Shown in pieces: positions 28,922-38,687 of a stretch of 64,000 nt of DNA; positions within the stretch are counted from its first letter, which is position 1; the number at the start of each line of letters is the position of its first letter. Under the pieces are notes generated by a model. That model saw only the letters and a list, made by a program, of their open reading frames with translations, did no database searches and was not told the DNA's origin. The stretch is from positions 243,822 through 307,821 of IMG/VR virus record IMGVR_UViG_3300049988_000124. One strand, 5' to 3'. The position numbers and the translations under genes are program-made. Origin of the DNA: a virus (Duplodnaviria > Caudoviricetes).

Positions 28922-29298
28922 TAACCTCCGTAGCCTGGGATGCGTTCGCGCGCAATCCGATAAACTTCCTCAGCCTGACAGGCGTGACCTGATTTCCCAA
29001 AGATATCAGAGAAACCACCGTACCCGGCGATAACGGATAAGAGCTGTGGATTTTCATTAAAGTAATCATCCCAGAGCATCGAGTAGAAACGACGGCAGTC
29101 TTCGATGTTGATGGGTTTCTTGCCTTTGGCCTCCTGGATGGAGAGACCAGAGACATTACCCTCGAACAGCTTGCGTGCCTGGTATAGCTCTTCTATTGAC
29201 TTGTTCTGACGAAACCTAATTCGGGCAAAGAAGGCACTGAACCTTTTGTCGCCCTTAGAAGAGCACTCGAGGATAGGAGCTTGGCCGAATGTGACCAT
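28921..29298 (-). CDS. NADAR-like protein (putative ADP-ribosylglycohydrolase)
   Basis: LECSSKGDKRFSAF and SIEELYQARKLF resemble the EISSKS..LSAF and VESAFQ.SKVF motifs of DarT1-associated NADAR proteins. Confidence 0.45.
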   Translation of the reverse strand: MVTFGQAPILECSSKGDKRFSAFFARIRFRQNKSIEELYQARKLFEGNVSGLSIQEAKGKKPINIEDCRRFYSMLWDDYFNENPQLLSVIAGYGGFSDIFGKSGHACQAEEVYRIARERIPGYGG

Positions 29299-29507
29299 GA
29301 CTTTTCTCCCTCTATCTGAATAGGAGGTTTCCGCTTCTCGACCTGCTTAACAATTTTAGGATCGAAGATGTCAACCATCTGACCGAAATTGTCTCTGTGA
29401 AAGAAGCTATTTATTTTACCGAACATTCCATCCTGCCTGAGCTTATCAATGAGCTCATTGATGGCTTGGTACTGCCACTCGGCGAATTGTGGTGGATGTG
29501 CTAGCAT
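29193..29507 (-). CDS. hypothetical protein
   Basis: GAGG RBS; long overlap with the next gene makes the 3' end doubtful. Confidence 0.45.
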   Translation of the reverse strand: MLAHPPQFAEWQYQAINELIDKLRQDGMFGKINSFFHRDNFGQMVDIFDPKIVKQVEKRKPPIQIEGEKSWSHSAKLLSSSALLRATKGSVPSLPELGFVRTSQ

Positions 29508-29509
29508 GA

Positions 29510-30148
29510 CTACCTCGGTGTTAGAACGTCGTTCTTGAGCTCACCTGCTGCCCAGCTGAGCGCTTCTGCGATCGTGCCTTCTCCGGTCAGATCAAAGCTG
29601 ATGTCAAACTCGCTGTCATCCACGCGCTTACCACGGATGGAACAGTCAGCGGAACTATCACAAGAGCCGATGTAGATCTCCTCGATCTGGTGACCTCGCG
29701 CCTCGACGCTTTTCACATCTGCCAAGAAGTTCTCATAGATCCGCTTGAGGATAGTCAGATCAGCCTCTGACTGCTTGCGATAGGCAAGCGGTAAGGTCTC
29801 AATGATCCGACCTCCGTTGGCCCGTATCTCTTCCAGACGATCAACGCTATTGAACGAGATCGTGAACGTGTCGATATTCTCAATGAGATCTGCCTCATCA
29901 ACAACACCAGGCTTCACGTCGTGAGAGTAACTGGAACCAGTATCTCCTTCCCTGGTCATCGCCCATGCGACATCTGCCTTTAAGGGACAGTTGCGACCAG
30001 GACCCATGTTCACGAAGATGAGATCACGCCGTTGGGAAAGGCTCCACCACCAACCAGGATATCCCTTCTCGATCATGGTCACACAATCGATCAGTGCCTG
30101 CGGGGAAAGAAGACAGAAACCGCTCTTGGTTACCAAAGGAAGTGTCAT
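29510..30148 (-). CDS. hypothetical protein
   Basis: 212-aa ORF with GAGGA RBS. Confidence 0.65.
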   Translation of the reverse strand: MTLPLVTKSGFCLLSPQALIDCVTMIEKGYPGWWWSLSQRRDLIFVNMGPGRNCPLKADVAWAMTREGDTGSSYSHDVKPGVVDEADLIENIDTFTISFNSVDRLEEIRANGGRIIETLPLAYRKQSEADLTILKRIYENFLADVKSVEARGHQIEEIYIGSCDSSADCSIRGKRVDDSEFDISFDLTGEGTIAEALSWAAGELKNDVLTPR

Positions 30149-30167
30149 TGATCAATCCTCTTCTGTG

Positions 30168-30803
30168 TTACGGTGTTTTCCCAATCTTACCATGCCACTT
30201 AAGGCAGCTGGCTTTGTTCCAGGTGTCAGCAGTGCCACCATCCTTTAGTCCCCCAGCCTCTGCCTTCACACTTCCCTGTGAGGGCCTAAGACTCCACTCT
30301 CGTTGATCAGAGTTAGGGTTACCGAAGGTAAAGGCTAGGAGTAGCCCATCGGGTGACACTGCTTTTGCAACGGAACTGTTACGCTGAAAGAAATTACCAG
30401 TACCTGGATCCAGAAGAGCTCCCATGCTCCCAACCTCTAGGATCTGATCCACCGTATTGGCCGACAATTGGTCGGAGAAATACTGGTGGTAGTAGTTGCA
30501 AGTACTGGCCGTCTTACTTGACTTATCGTCTTGTCCAAAGAAACCATTCTCTCCCACCTCAGTGGGAAGGAACAAGGTAACATTCTCCGCCTTCACGTAC
30601 CGAAGAAGGATTAATGTCACGACCACGTGATCAGCCCAAGCCGCACCTCCTGAGTAGAGTTTCAGCTCACCTAGGTCCACGTTCAAATGGTCAAGGAGTC
30701 GCATGGTGGCTTGGACCATGCGGTTGTAGTGCTTTAGCGTGAGATACTGTTTGTCCTCCTTTCGTCCAGCCGTTCCAATCACCGCGAGCGAAGGGTAGGA
30801 CAT
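30168..30803 (-). CDS. SLOG (Smf/DprA/LOG superfamily) protein
   Basis: AVIGTAGR, SGGAAWAD, FFQRNS.VA, LLAF, GGTADT. Confidence 0.7.
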   Translation of the reverse strand: MSYPSLAVIGTAGRKEDKQYLTLKHYNRMVQATMRLLDHLNVDLGELKLYSGGAAWADHVVVTLILLRYVKAENVTLFLPTEVGENGFFGQDDKSSKTASTCNYYHQYFSDQLSANTVDQILEVGSMGALLDPGTGNFFQRNSSVAKAVSPDGLLLAFTFGNPNSDQREWSLRPSQGSVKAEAGGLKDGGTADTWNKASCLKWHGKIGKTP

Positions 30804-30807
30804 GATC

Positions 30808-31329
30808 TTACCCCTTCACACCACGAACCATCAACCACATCTTCTCCATCATTCGGTGAAGTACTTGACGGAAAGACGAGGGACGTGGTGGATTGTAGAA
30901 TACGCGAATGAAATTGTCGGAACTGACGATGATGGTATTCAGATTGGTGAGGTCAACTGGTACTGCTCGCTTATCATTCCAAGCACAGGCATTGTCTAGA
31001 TACATACCAAGCCGATCAACGTAGCTAACCAGGTCGGGACGCATTTCGCTGACCAACTGGTCATGTTGGACGTAATTGGTCATGAACAGATTGTTAATGA
31101 AGTACAAGTAGGTCCTTGTAATCTTCAAATTGGTATGATCGACCTCACTAAGACCAACCGCGTACTTGAGCACATAGTCAATTTGACGAACGGCGTTGGA
31201 CAAACTCTTCAGGAACTTCTTCTGATGATCTTCCGCGATGCTGTGGCCCATGTCGTCCATGTTAGCCATTGTCCGGTCGCAAATTTCCTTCATCACTTCC
31301 TTGGTTTTGGATCCATCATTCTTGACCAT
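30808..31329 (-). CDS. hypothetical protein, probably early
   Basis: Start MVKND after GGAG; TATATTAC upstream. Confidence 0.65.
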   Translation of the reverse strand: MVKNDGSKTKEVMKEICDRTMANMDDMGHSIAEDHQKKFLKSLSNAVRQIDYVLKYAVGLSEVDHTNLKITRTYLYFINNLFMTNYVQHDQLVSEMRPDLVSYVDRLGMYLDNACAWNDKRAVPVDLTNLNTIIVSSDNFIRVFYNPPRPSSFRQVLHRMMEKMWLMVRGVKG

Positions 31330-31366
31330 GGTAAAATCTCCAAATGAGTAGGGTTTACTCAACTGA

Positions 31367-31374
31367 GTAATATA
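31367..31374 (-). promoter_or_regulatory. phiKZ-type early promoter core TATATTAC
   Basis: gtaatata on + strand, intergenic. Confidence 0.6.
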
Positions 31375-31386
31375 GGGTTTGTAGCG

Positions 31387-32319
31387 TCATGAGAACTGAA
31401 GGCAGAAGCACGCAAACTTAATTGCCGCCTCTTCTGAATCTGCCAACACCAAGAACCCATTGTGATGAACGTAGGAGACACCCTCGATCCGAGTGAGATC
31501 CTCGATCATCTCTCGTCTAGCGCCTAAGAGAGATAAAGGTACCGGTGTCTTGGCACTACGCTGACCCTCCCGAGGAATCGGCCTGATGATGTAGTTATGC
31601 TCCAGCCCTTCTGCCCTGAGAGAGGGATGAATAGCAAAGTGAGCATCAGTGGATGAGTAATGGCGATAGCTCGGAATGATGTGATCGGACACCACGATCT
31701 TGCCGTCATTAAGGAGGCGCTTCTCTGTGACCATGTGCTTGGTCTGCGCGATGGTGTGGTCAGCTGCGTGAAAGCAAGAGCGCTCGAAGAGCAGGGACAC
31801 CATGGATACTGTTTCTAAGAACGCAGCATCGTAGGTCGCTCTAGATTTCACAGGGTCGGTCGGACGCATGGCTTGTACTACCACGCTGATCGGGGTGAGT
31901 TCATGGCTGACCCCGTTGTCGCTGCGATCAATGGGCTCTATCCACTGGCTGCGGATATGCCGCTCTACCGCAGAGAAGAGATCAATCGTCGTACCCCCGA
32001 ACTCGTAGCGCCTGGGTAGTCCAATCTTGTCTAGGTAGACTTGCGCGTAATGCCGCCACACTAGACCAGCACTGGAATAGATGTGATTGTCTCGTCCTCT
32101 GGGAGGATGGGCCATGTGGTGATCATAGCGCTTATGGCCGTGGTCGTAGATACCACCCACATCAACAACGATGTCCATCCAACTTAGTGTGTCCGGGTCT
32201 CTAGTGCGAACAACATGATGGTTGGGGTGAATGGTAGAGAGAATAGCGATCGCCAATACTTCATCGGCGTGAAAGGAACCATCGTGAGTCCCGATTCTGA
32301 TGGGGTGGTCACTGGTCAT
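31387..32319 (-). CDS. MYG1/UPF0160 family exonuclease
   Basis: IGTHDGSFHADEVLA, RTRDP, DIVVDVGG.YD, YDHH, SSAGLVWRHY, F.HHNGF. Confidence 0.88.
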   Translation of the reverse strand: MTSDHPIRIGTHDGSFHADEVLAIAILSTIHPNHHVVRTRDPDTLSWMDIVVDVGGIYDHGHKRYDHHMAHPPRGRDNHIYSSAGLVWRHYAQVYLDKIGLPRRYEFGGTTIDLFSAVERHIRSQWIEPIDRSDNGVSHELTPISVVVQAMRPTDPVKSRATYDAAFLETVSMVSLLFERSCFHAADHTIAQTKHMVTEKRLLNDGKIVVSDHIIPSYRHYSSTDAHFAIHPSLRAEGLEHNYIIRPIPREGQRSAKTPVPLSLLGARREMIEDLTRIEGVSYVHHNGFLVLADSEEAAIKFACFCLQFS

Positions 32320-32416
32320 GGTGAGTCTCCAATAGTCATACATAATGGCGCCCAGGGTTATATTGTTAACCTTGATGATATGACCACCCTTTAACCAGCA
32401 AGGAGCTGTGTTGATT

Positions 32417-32710
32417 ATGAAGGACATTCTAGCGAACGCGACATTCGTGGTAGATATCGTCAATCATCTACTACCGGTGATTATCTCAGCCGTCGTGATC
32501 TTTGGTACCTGGGTTGTTCGTACGTATTTTCCACAATTGAAGTATATTGCTCTTCTCACCGAAGCAACCAATGATGCAGGCATTATCAAGCTGGCCAAGT
32601 ACATGGCAACCAAGAATGGTGGCAAGCACATCAAGACAGACCACCTCTGGGAATCATTCGTTCCAGCAGCGCGTGCTGTTAGTGAGCGATACCGTATGAA
32701 GATCGATTGA
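32417..32710 (+). CDS. small membrane protein
   Basis: One TM segment; followed by a terminator-like hairpin. Confidence 0.45.
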   Translation: MKDILANATFVVDIVNHLLPVIISAVVIFGTWVVRTYFPQLKYIALLTEATNDAGIIKLAKYMATKNGGKHIKTDHLWESFVPAARAVSERYRMKID

Positions 32711-32755
32711 TTACTAATAGGGAGAGCCAGATGGCTCTCCCTATTAGACTTGATC

Positions 32756-33262
32756 CTAGACGCGTCGTGGTTCAACAGGCTCAGTGCTTTGATCTTGATA
32801 CTTGCCTTCGTACTGGGCGGGTTCGGTGACCTCGTGAAAGACGGCCTGAGCAATGCCGCATCCGGCCGGAAGGTGGAGTTCACCCTCACCATGAAAGACG
32901 AGCTCGAGGGTCAGACCACCTCGCCAACCAGGCTCGAGTACTGTGTTGAAAACAGACAAACCATACCGTGCCCACGTGCTCTTGTCGTGAACGATCCCCA
33001 TCAGATTAATAGGGATCTGAAACACATCCACTGCTGAGGCAAGCGTGAAACGACCGGGCTTCTCGACCCCGTCGACGACCACGACGCGCTTGGTGAGAAG
33101 ACCAAAGAACCAGCGTTTGGTGGTGAACCTGACGTCTTGGCGCAAGCGAAGATCATAACCCACTTCTGCTAGACCATGAGATACGCCGTGACGGCGAACC
33201 TTTTCTGCTAGCATGTCCTTGATGGGAGCAAGTTCCAGTAGCTTTTTCCCATTGATAACCAT
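32756..33262 (-). CDS. dcd: dCTP deaminase/dUTPase family protein
   Basis: SHGL..VGYDLRL, DKSTWARYG, LEPGWRG.LTLE, IAQ.VF. Confidence 0.85.
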   Translation of the reverse strand: MVINGKKLLELAPIKDMLAEKVRRHGVSHGLAEVGYDLRLRQDVRFTTKRWFFGLLTKRVVVVDGVEKPGRFTLASAVDVFQIPINLMGIVHDKSTWARYGLSVFNTVLEPGWRGGLTLELVFHGEGELHLPAGCGIAQAVFHEVTEPAQYEGKYQDQSTEPVEPRRV

Positions 33263-33374
33263 GTGCTGCCTCCCTTTATAGGCGATCGATCTCATATACT
33301 AGCACGAAAGAGTGGCGATATTATTGACCCCATAGGCAATAGCCGAACTTATCTTAGAAAAGGATTATCCTGTC

Positions 33375-34796
33375 ATGGCCAGTGGTGCAACCAACGCGAC
33401 CATTGAGGGCTTTGTTACAGATCTGGCATTCACGGATCAGACCAAGAATGTTAGCGACCTGTTTCCAGGTGGTACGGCCAATGTCGCCGAGCTCTCCTCC
33501 AATGCACTCTCCTATTTCGGCGCACCTGCCGCTGTGGTTGATAAGCGCCCAGCCTCTGAGCGCTTGGTCAACTGGGCTGCCCAGACGAGCTCACGCATCG
33601 TCGTCGATGAGGAAGTCTTCTCCTCGTTCATGGGTACGATGGCAACCCTTCCGGTCGCCACGATCAGCAAGCTCTTTGCAATCACCGACAAGCTCCTCTT
33701 TAACTACCTTCCCAGCGAGTCGCACGCAACCGTCGAGACGTTCCTGACGACCAACGCTGCCACCAAGGACATCTACGTCCCTGGTACCTTCAGCGTGTCC
33801 TCGCGGATCGTGTCTGACTCGGTCTACGTGGACGGCGCTCCTGTAAAGTCTGTGTCGGTTCCCTCCTACGCAGCCTTTGACATCACTGTTCCCTCAGGGG
33901 CCACCACCAAGACCTATCAGCTGAAGCTCTACGCTGGTATTGAGGCATTCCTCACAAGCTACAGCCAGTCGATTATCGCCGAGGTCATTCCGCCGCTTCC
34001 CTACGACAAGCTCTTTGGTGAGTCACTGCGGACGGCAACGGACAACATCTTCACAACGGCATCCCTCACAGCGCAGCTCAGCTACAACAACATCCAGGCC
34101 CGACTGAAGAACACTTCTGTCTCTGGTATGTTCGAGTTCCGTGCTGTTCTCGCTGACACCAACAACACACTGGGCGTTCCCTTTAACATTCTCTACAAGG
34201 GTCGTGTTCCTACCCTCTTTGAGATTCGTACCGCCATCAAGCAACGACTCCTCGATAGTGGGGTAAGTGATGAGGCAGGGTGGAAGAAGCGTATCCCAGG
34301 CGTGTTCGTCTCTGGTCGTTTCTACGTGGTACCACTCTGGGACAAGACGTTCTCGAAGCCTGATCAGCAGATCTTCCCCAACGTGCTTCGCTTCGATGAC
34401 GTTGCCAAGACTGCCGATAAGATCCTCTCCACGGTAGGCTACGCTGACATCACCGAGTTCATGGACGTGATCACGGCCTATTACAACCGGATGTCGGCTG
34501 CAGTGGTGCCTGATCTCTCGGGCGTGGTGGACATCAAGCGCTTGAGTGAGATCATTCCTGACTACCAGAGCTACTCGGTCAGTGATGCTGAGTTTGCCTA
34601 CATGCAGGACAACACCAAGGCTTTCGTGCGCGAGCTCAATCAGGTTCTGGCGATCGCCACAGAGGGGTCAACGTCGTCCGTCTATGGTCCCAACACCGAG
34701 GGGCTCTTGAGCTTCTACAGCTTCACGGCTGGCACCTACGAGGTGTGCGTGATTACCAGGTCGTCTTACGAGACCATCTTGGAGAGTGAGCAATGA
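33375..34796 (+). CDS. putative virion structural protein
   Basis: 473 aa, first of a + strand late-type cluster inside the phiKZ-like core. Confidence 0.5.
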   Translation: MASGATNATIEGFVTDLAFTDQTKNVSDLFPGGTANVAELSSNALSYFGAPAAVVDKRPASERLVNWAAQTSSRIVVDEEVFSSFMGTMATLPVATISKLFAITDKLLFNYLPSESHATVETFLTTNAATKDIYVPGTFSVSSRIVSDSVYVDGAPVKSVSVPSYAAFDITVPSGATTKTYQLKLYAGIEAFLTSYSQSIIAEVIPPLPYDKLFGESLRTATDNIFTTASLTAQLSYNNIQARLKNTSVSGMFEFRAVLADTNNTLGVPFNILYKGRVPTLFEIRTAIKQRLLDSGVSDEAGWKKRIPGVFVSGRFYVVPLWDKTFSKPDQQIFPNVLRFDDVAKTADKILSTVGYADITEFMDVITAYYNRMSAAVVPDLSGVVDIKRLSEIIPDYQSYSVSDAEFAYMQDNTKAFVRELNQVLAIATEGSTSSVYGPNTEGLLSFYSFTAGTYEVCVITRSSYETILESEQ

Positions 34797-35407
34797 TCCC
34801 AGACGTCGGTAGTACGGCTCTTTTCACATTCAAGGCAAAGTTCGATACACTAAACGGTGTTTACCGTATTCGAGCCGAGACGACGTTCCGGGACGCGGTT
34901 GCGGCTGGGGTAGACTTTGTTGCTAATCTGTACAACCCAGCCGGGTTGAACACCAATGATTTCAACGCAGACTTCCCCAGCTACACGAGCGACAAGGTGG
35001 TGATGCTGGAGTCAGTAAAAGATTCCAGCGTTGTCTATCAGGTTCCTGAGTCGGCGTTTCTGAATGTTCCTGATCCCACCATTCAGGAATACTTCCCGCT
35101 CATCGCGGTGATTAACTTGGGCGTTCACCAGAATACCCAGGCAATCTTTCCGCTCCTTGACCAGATCAAGGATATCGTTCAGGCGTCCTTGGGTGTCACA
35201 GACCCGCTCAACATCGTAACCAATCCGGACAACAAGGTCTATCTGACCGATGCCGACTATGAGCAGCTAAAGCTGGTCAGGGAAGCGAACATCCGCAAGC
35301 TCAAGCCGCTGAGTGTTCAGCTCGCTGAGGCAAACCGGGACATCGTGCTCCTGCAAACCAAACTGGCCCTCTACGAGAAGCGCATTATCACCCAGGCAGG
35401 CGGTTAA
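34793..35407 (+). CDS. putative virion-associated protein
   Basis: ATGA overlap with the previous gene. Confidence 0.5.
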   Translation: MIPDVGSTALFTFKAKFDTLNGVYRIRAETTFRDAVAAGVDFVANLYNPAGLNTNDFNADFPSYTSDKVVMLESVKDSSVVYQVPESAFLNVPDPTIQEYFPLIAVINLGVHQNTQAIFPLLDQIKDIVQASLGVTDPLNIVTNPDNKVYLTDADYEQLKLVREANIRKLKPLSVQLAEANRDIVLLQTKLALYEKRIITQAGG

Positions 35408-35438
35408 GGCGCGGCGCGGATAACACAAGGATTACTTC

Positions 35439-37382
35439 ATGTCGACAACCTATAGTCTACCCGACTTGACGGGCAAGAATCCCCAATACGCTCAAGTCAA
35501 TCTTCCTTTCTACATCTACGAGAACAACATCAAGCTTCGGTTTGAGAACTCCCCTGTTTTCGTCTCCTCGATCCGCATCGTTCTGACCGATGGTTCCTAC
35601 GCTGTTCTTCAGAAGGACGTTCACTGGCGCATCGAGCCCAGCGACATCGACCAGACCGCCATGTCCAAGGCGTTCCTCGAGAACAATGATTTCAAGGAAG
35701 TGCTCGCGCGCTCGGTAACCTTTATCTCACCCACCATCGTGGGTAAGCAGGTTGCCGTCAACGTGCAGCAGTTCTACGACACGGTTCCAGGGCGCTTCTT
35801 CGATGATGGTGCACCGCTTGAGGTAACCCCTGGTCTCATTCGTAGCCTGATCTCAGGTTTGGCTGATGTGCGCCAGCAGGTCGCCAAGGTTCGCTCACCC
35901 GTCACCCCGACCGATACTGCGCCTGCGCTTCTTGCTTTTGATATCAACAAGGAGTTCAGCGACAACGAGATCACTGGTGAGAAGATCACCATTAACACCG
36001 TTGCCGGTGGTAAGATCGTCCGCCTGACCCAGGGTGCATTCTTCGCTAGTGGTTTGGTCGTCAAGAAGGCAGACGGGACGCTTCTTAGTAAGACCACCGA
36101 CTATCTGCCGGTCATGGTATCCCCGCTCACCAAGCAGACCACGAGCAAGGATGGTATCTACCAGTACCTCCTGATTCGCACTCCCATCACTGGTGATCTC
36201 TTCTTCGATTACCACGCCGTGGGTGGTGAGGTTCAGCAGGATGATATCAGCTCTCTTTACGAGCTCGCGATCAGCCTGAAGACGTTCCTCAACGAGCAGA
36301 TCTTCGTTACCGCCGACACCATTTCCGAGACCGCTGCATTCCGCGCGTTGCACGCTCGCACACAGATTCTGGAGACCGAAATGCGCAATCTACTCTCAGG
36401 TCCGCCGAGCTACGGTGATGCCACCGCGCATCAGGTCGTACGGCGTCCTATTGCTGCCCCCGATGCCAAGTTCCACTGGTATTCCATTGCCAGCCTGTTC
36501 AAGGTTCAGGGCTCAACCGACGTTGTTCTCACCGACCAGTTCAAGGGCCGCGTGTTCTTCCCCGGTGCCAAGGTCGCGCTGTCGTTCACGGTTGATGTGA
36601 ACTTCAACCAGACCCGCAACCCGGTGACGATCACCAGCTCTAACCTGGTCTTCAATCCGCTCTACTCACTCTTTGCTGACATCGATGTCTCAGCGCCGGT
36701 GTACCCGATGCTGCGCGTTGTCAACAACAAGATCTCCGATGGTCTGTCAGGGGCAGTACTCCAGGTCGGTATCCCGCTTCTTGCCAATAGCGATCAGATG
36801 ATCGTTGAGGATATGTCCACCGTTGAGTCATGCTGGCTCCTCGATAAGACAGGTGCTGTTCCGGCTAACCCAACCCCTGCGGTCAATACGCCCAAGGACA
36901 GCGGCTTCGTTCTTCCCGATGGCCTGGCGGTCTGGTCGGACGTCTCATCGTCCTCGCAGCGCTTCGTGCATATCCCGAACTACCGTCAGGGCTACCTGAT
37001 GTACTCAGGCTCCACGGTTCAGCTCTCGCAGCTTAATTACGGTGCCAATGCAGAGAAGCCAACGACGGCGGGTAACTCCACCAAGAACCTGTTCAACATC
37101 GTTCTGCCGACCTACGTTCCCCAGACGCTCCTGAGCTCGATCCTGGTGACGATGGCATCACCTGATGCTACTTCGATCTACGACATCGACATTCCCCTGG
37201 CGCTCTTGAACAACGGTACTCGTTTTGGTAAGGTTAGCTTTACTGACACGAACGGTAAGCGCATGACGATGAGTGCAACCGTGGCCCAGGACTCCAGCGG
37301 TGCCATCACCGTGTCGCTCAACACGACGGATACCCCCGGCACGATCATCGACATCGTACGCTACATTCGAGCAAAGGTGTAA
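35439..37382 (+). CDS. putative virion structural protein (phiKZ-like)
   Basis: 647 aa, beta-rich; LPDLTGKNP N-terminus of the kind seen in phiKZ-like virion proteins. Confidence 0.5.
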   Translation: MSTTYSLPDLTGKNPQYAQVNLPFYIYENNIKLRFENSPVFVSSIRIVLTDGSYAVLQKDVHWRIEPSDIDQTAMSKAFLENNDFKEVLARSVTFISPTIVGKQVAVNVQQFYDTVPGRFFDDGAPLEVTPGLIRSLISGLADVRQQVAKVRSPVTPTDTAPALLAFDINKEFSDNEITGEKITINTVAGGKIVRLTQGAFFASGLVVKKADGTLLSKTTDYLPVMVSPLTKQTTSKDGIYQYLLIRTPITGDLFFDYHAVGGEVQQDDISSLYELAISLKTFLNEQIFVTADTISETAAFRALHARTQILETEMRNLLSGPPSYGDATAHQVVRRPIAAPDAKFHWYSIASLFKVQGSTDVVLTDQFKGRVFFPGAKVALSFTVDVNFNQTRNPVTITSSNLVFNPLYSLFADIDVSAPVYPMLRVVNNKISDGLSGAVLQVGIPLLANSDQMIVEDMSTVESCWLLDKTGAVPANPTPAVNTPKDSGFVLPDGLAVWSDVSSSSQRFVHIPNYRQGYLMYSGSTVQLSQLNYGANAEKPTTAGNSTKNLFNIVLPTYVPQTLLSSILVTMASPDATSIYDIDIPLALLNNGTRFGKVSFTDTNGKRMTMSATVAQDSSGAITVSLNTTDTPGTIIDIVRYIRAKV

Positions 37383-37389
37383 ACGCACC

Positions 37390-37614
37390 ATGTTCTTTGT
37401 CCGCATCGATGCTGTTGACACCAGAAACGTTACCGGCTTTGAGTGTGGGACCAGGGCCGAGTTCGATAAGCGCTGGGGCGGTAACCCACTATGGGCTTTC
37501 GTAGACTCAGACGTCGTGCGAGCTGGTATCAAGGTCAAGGAGTTTCTCCTAACCCCGACCAACTACACGGTAAATACCCGAGGGATCTTGAAGAAGAAAC
37601 CAAAGGTCGTTTAG
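37390..37614 (+). CDS. small hypothetical protein
   Basis: Start moved to MFFVRID just after the previous stop. Confidence 0.55.
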   Translation: MFFVRIDAVDTRNVTGFECGTRAEFDKRWGGNPLWAFVDSDVVRAGIKVKEFLLTPTNYTVNTRGILKKKPKVV

Positions 37615-37661
37615 CGACAAAAAAGAAACAGTAGTGTAAGAGGGAGGCAATCGCCTCCCTC

Positions 37662-38687
37662 TTACATCAGTTGTGAAAAAGATCGTGTGACGTCTGCTTT
37701 GTTCAAAGCGTAGTGATAGAAGATGTCGTGAATCTCGTACCGCCGATGGTGAACTTCACGAACAATGGCAGCGGCCTCTACTGGATGGAAGTCCAAACCA
37801 ATAAGGGTGCGCTGATTGGTTAGTATAGCAGCGAACGATACCGCCGGATCGTTAAGTGCCATGTCCATCTCTGCGGCCATCAATCGGTCAAAGAAGATCG
37901 GCTTGAGTGCTTCAATACCAATCGACCAAAGGAAGGCCTGAATAAGTCTGTTCTGCGAGATCGAGTAATAGTCCCGCCGATTAATGGTCTCTGTCATCCA
38001 CGCGTAGAAACGCTGTGCCCCTGCGATCCCCATTTGGACCATGTAGTTGTTGGAAGGGAGACTATCCAAGAACTGAGCAAAGAGCGGCTCCACTAGGAAG
38101 GTCGCAATATTGGGTAGGTCCATGCCGCGCCGCAAGAGAAGCTCTTCTACCGAGCCACCTGGTACACCCCAGAACAAGCCCTGAGTCACGCACATGAAAG
38201 GTTGGGCATAACTGGTTTGCTCGTCGGGACCAAAGCCGATCTCAATCAACTCACCACTACTGGTGACTGATTCGAAGTCGAAGAACTCTGTGTTACCCAA
38301 CCGGTCCAGTCGTGCAGCCAGTGTCATGGGGCAGTTTAGATTCGGGCAGTGGATATCGAACCCGTCCGACACCAACGGTGTTCCGCAGCGACAAACAGCG
38401 TCACGGTTATGTGTGTCGGACAGGTTCTGATCGAAGTCGCCGTCGAAGACAACAAAACCACCATTATGGAGTAAATTTTCTGCCAATATCCCTCGGTGGA
38501 CAACAACCTTGTCCATGGGTGATACCGTAGCGAGTGCTAGTTTGGTCTCCGGAGGCATCCACGCCGGACTGATCCTGTAAAGAGAGTTGATGGTCTCATC
38601 ACTGGCTCTGGTGGTGACGTAGAAGGATTTCTTGCTGGCGCAGTCGTTTCGCTCTATGACATCGAGTACTTCAATAACGTCAGCCAT
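37662..38687 (-). CDS. protein resembling the OB/zinc-finger/HhH half of NAD-dependent DNA ligase
   Basis: CRCGTPL..DGFDIHCPNLNCP...ARL C4 finger; FLWSIGIEAL resembles the LigA HhH; no KxDG motif. Confidence 0.5.
   Translation of the reverse strand: MADVIEVLDVIERNDCASKKSFYVTTRASDETINSLYRISPAWMPPETKLALATVSPMDKVVVHRGILAENLLHNGGFVVFDGDFDQNLSDTHNRDAVCRCGTPLVSDGFDIHCPNLNCPMTLAARLDRLGNTEFFDFESVTSSGELIEIGFGPDEQTSYAQPFMCVTQGLFWGVPGGSVEELLLRRGMDLPNIATFLVEPLFAQFLDSLPSNNYMVQMGIAGAQRFYAWMTETINRRDYYSISQNRLIQAFLWSIGIEALKPIFFDRLMAAEMDMALNDPAVSFAAILTNQRTLIGLDFHPVEAAAIVREVHHRRYEIHDIFYHYALNKADVTRSFSQLM

Noticed and set aside
32750-33037. Plus-strand 95-aa hydrophobic ORF
   Set aside because: It lies fully antisense to the dCTP deaminase-family gene and starts right after a terminator hairpin
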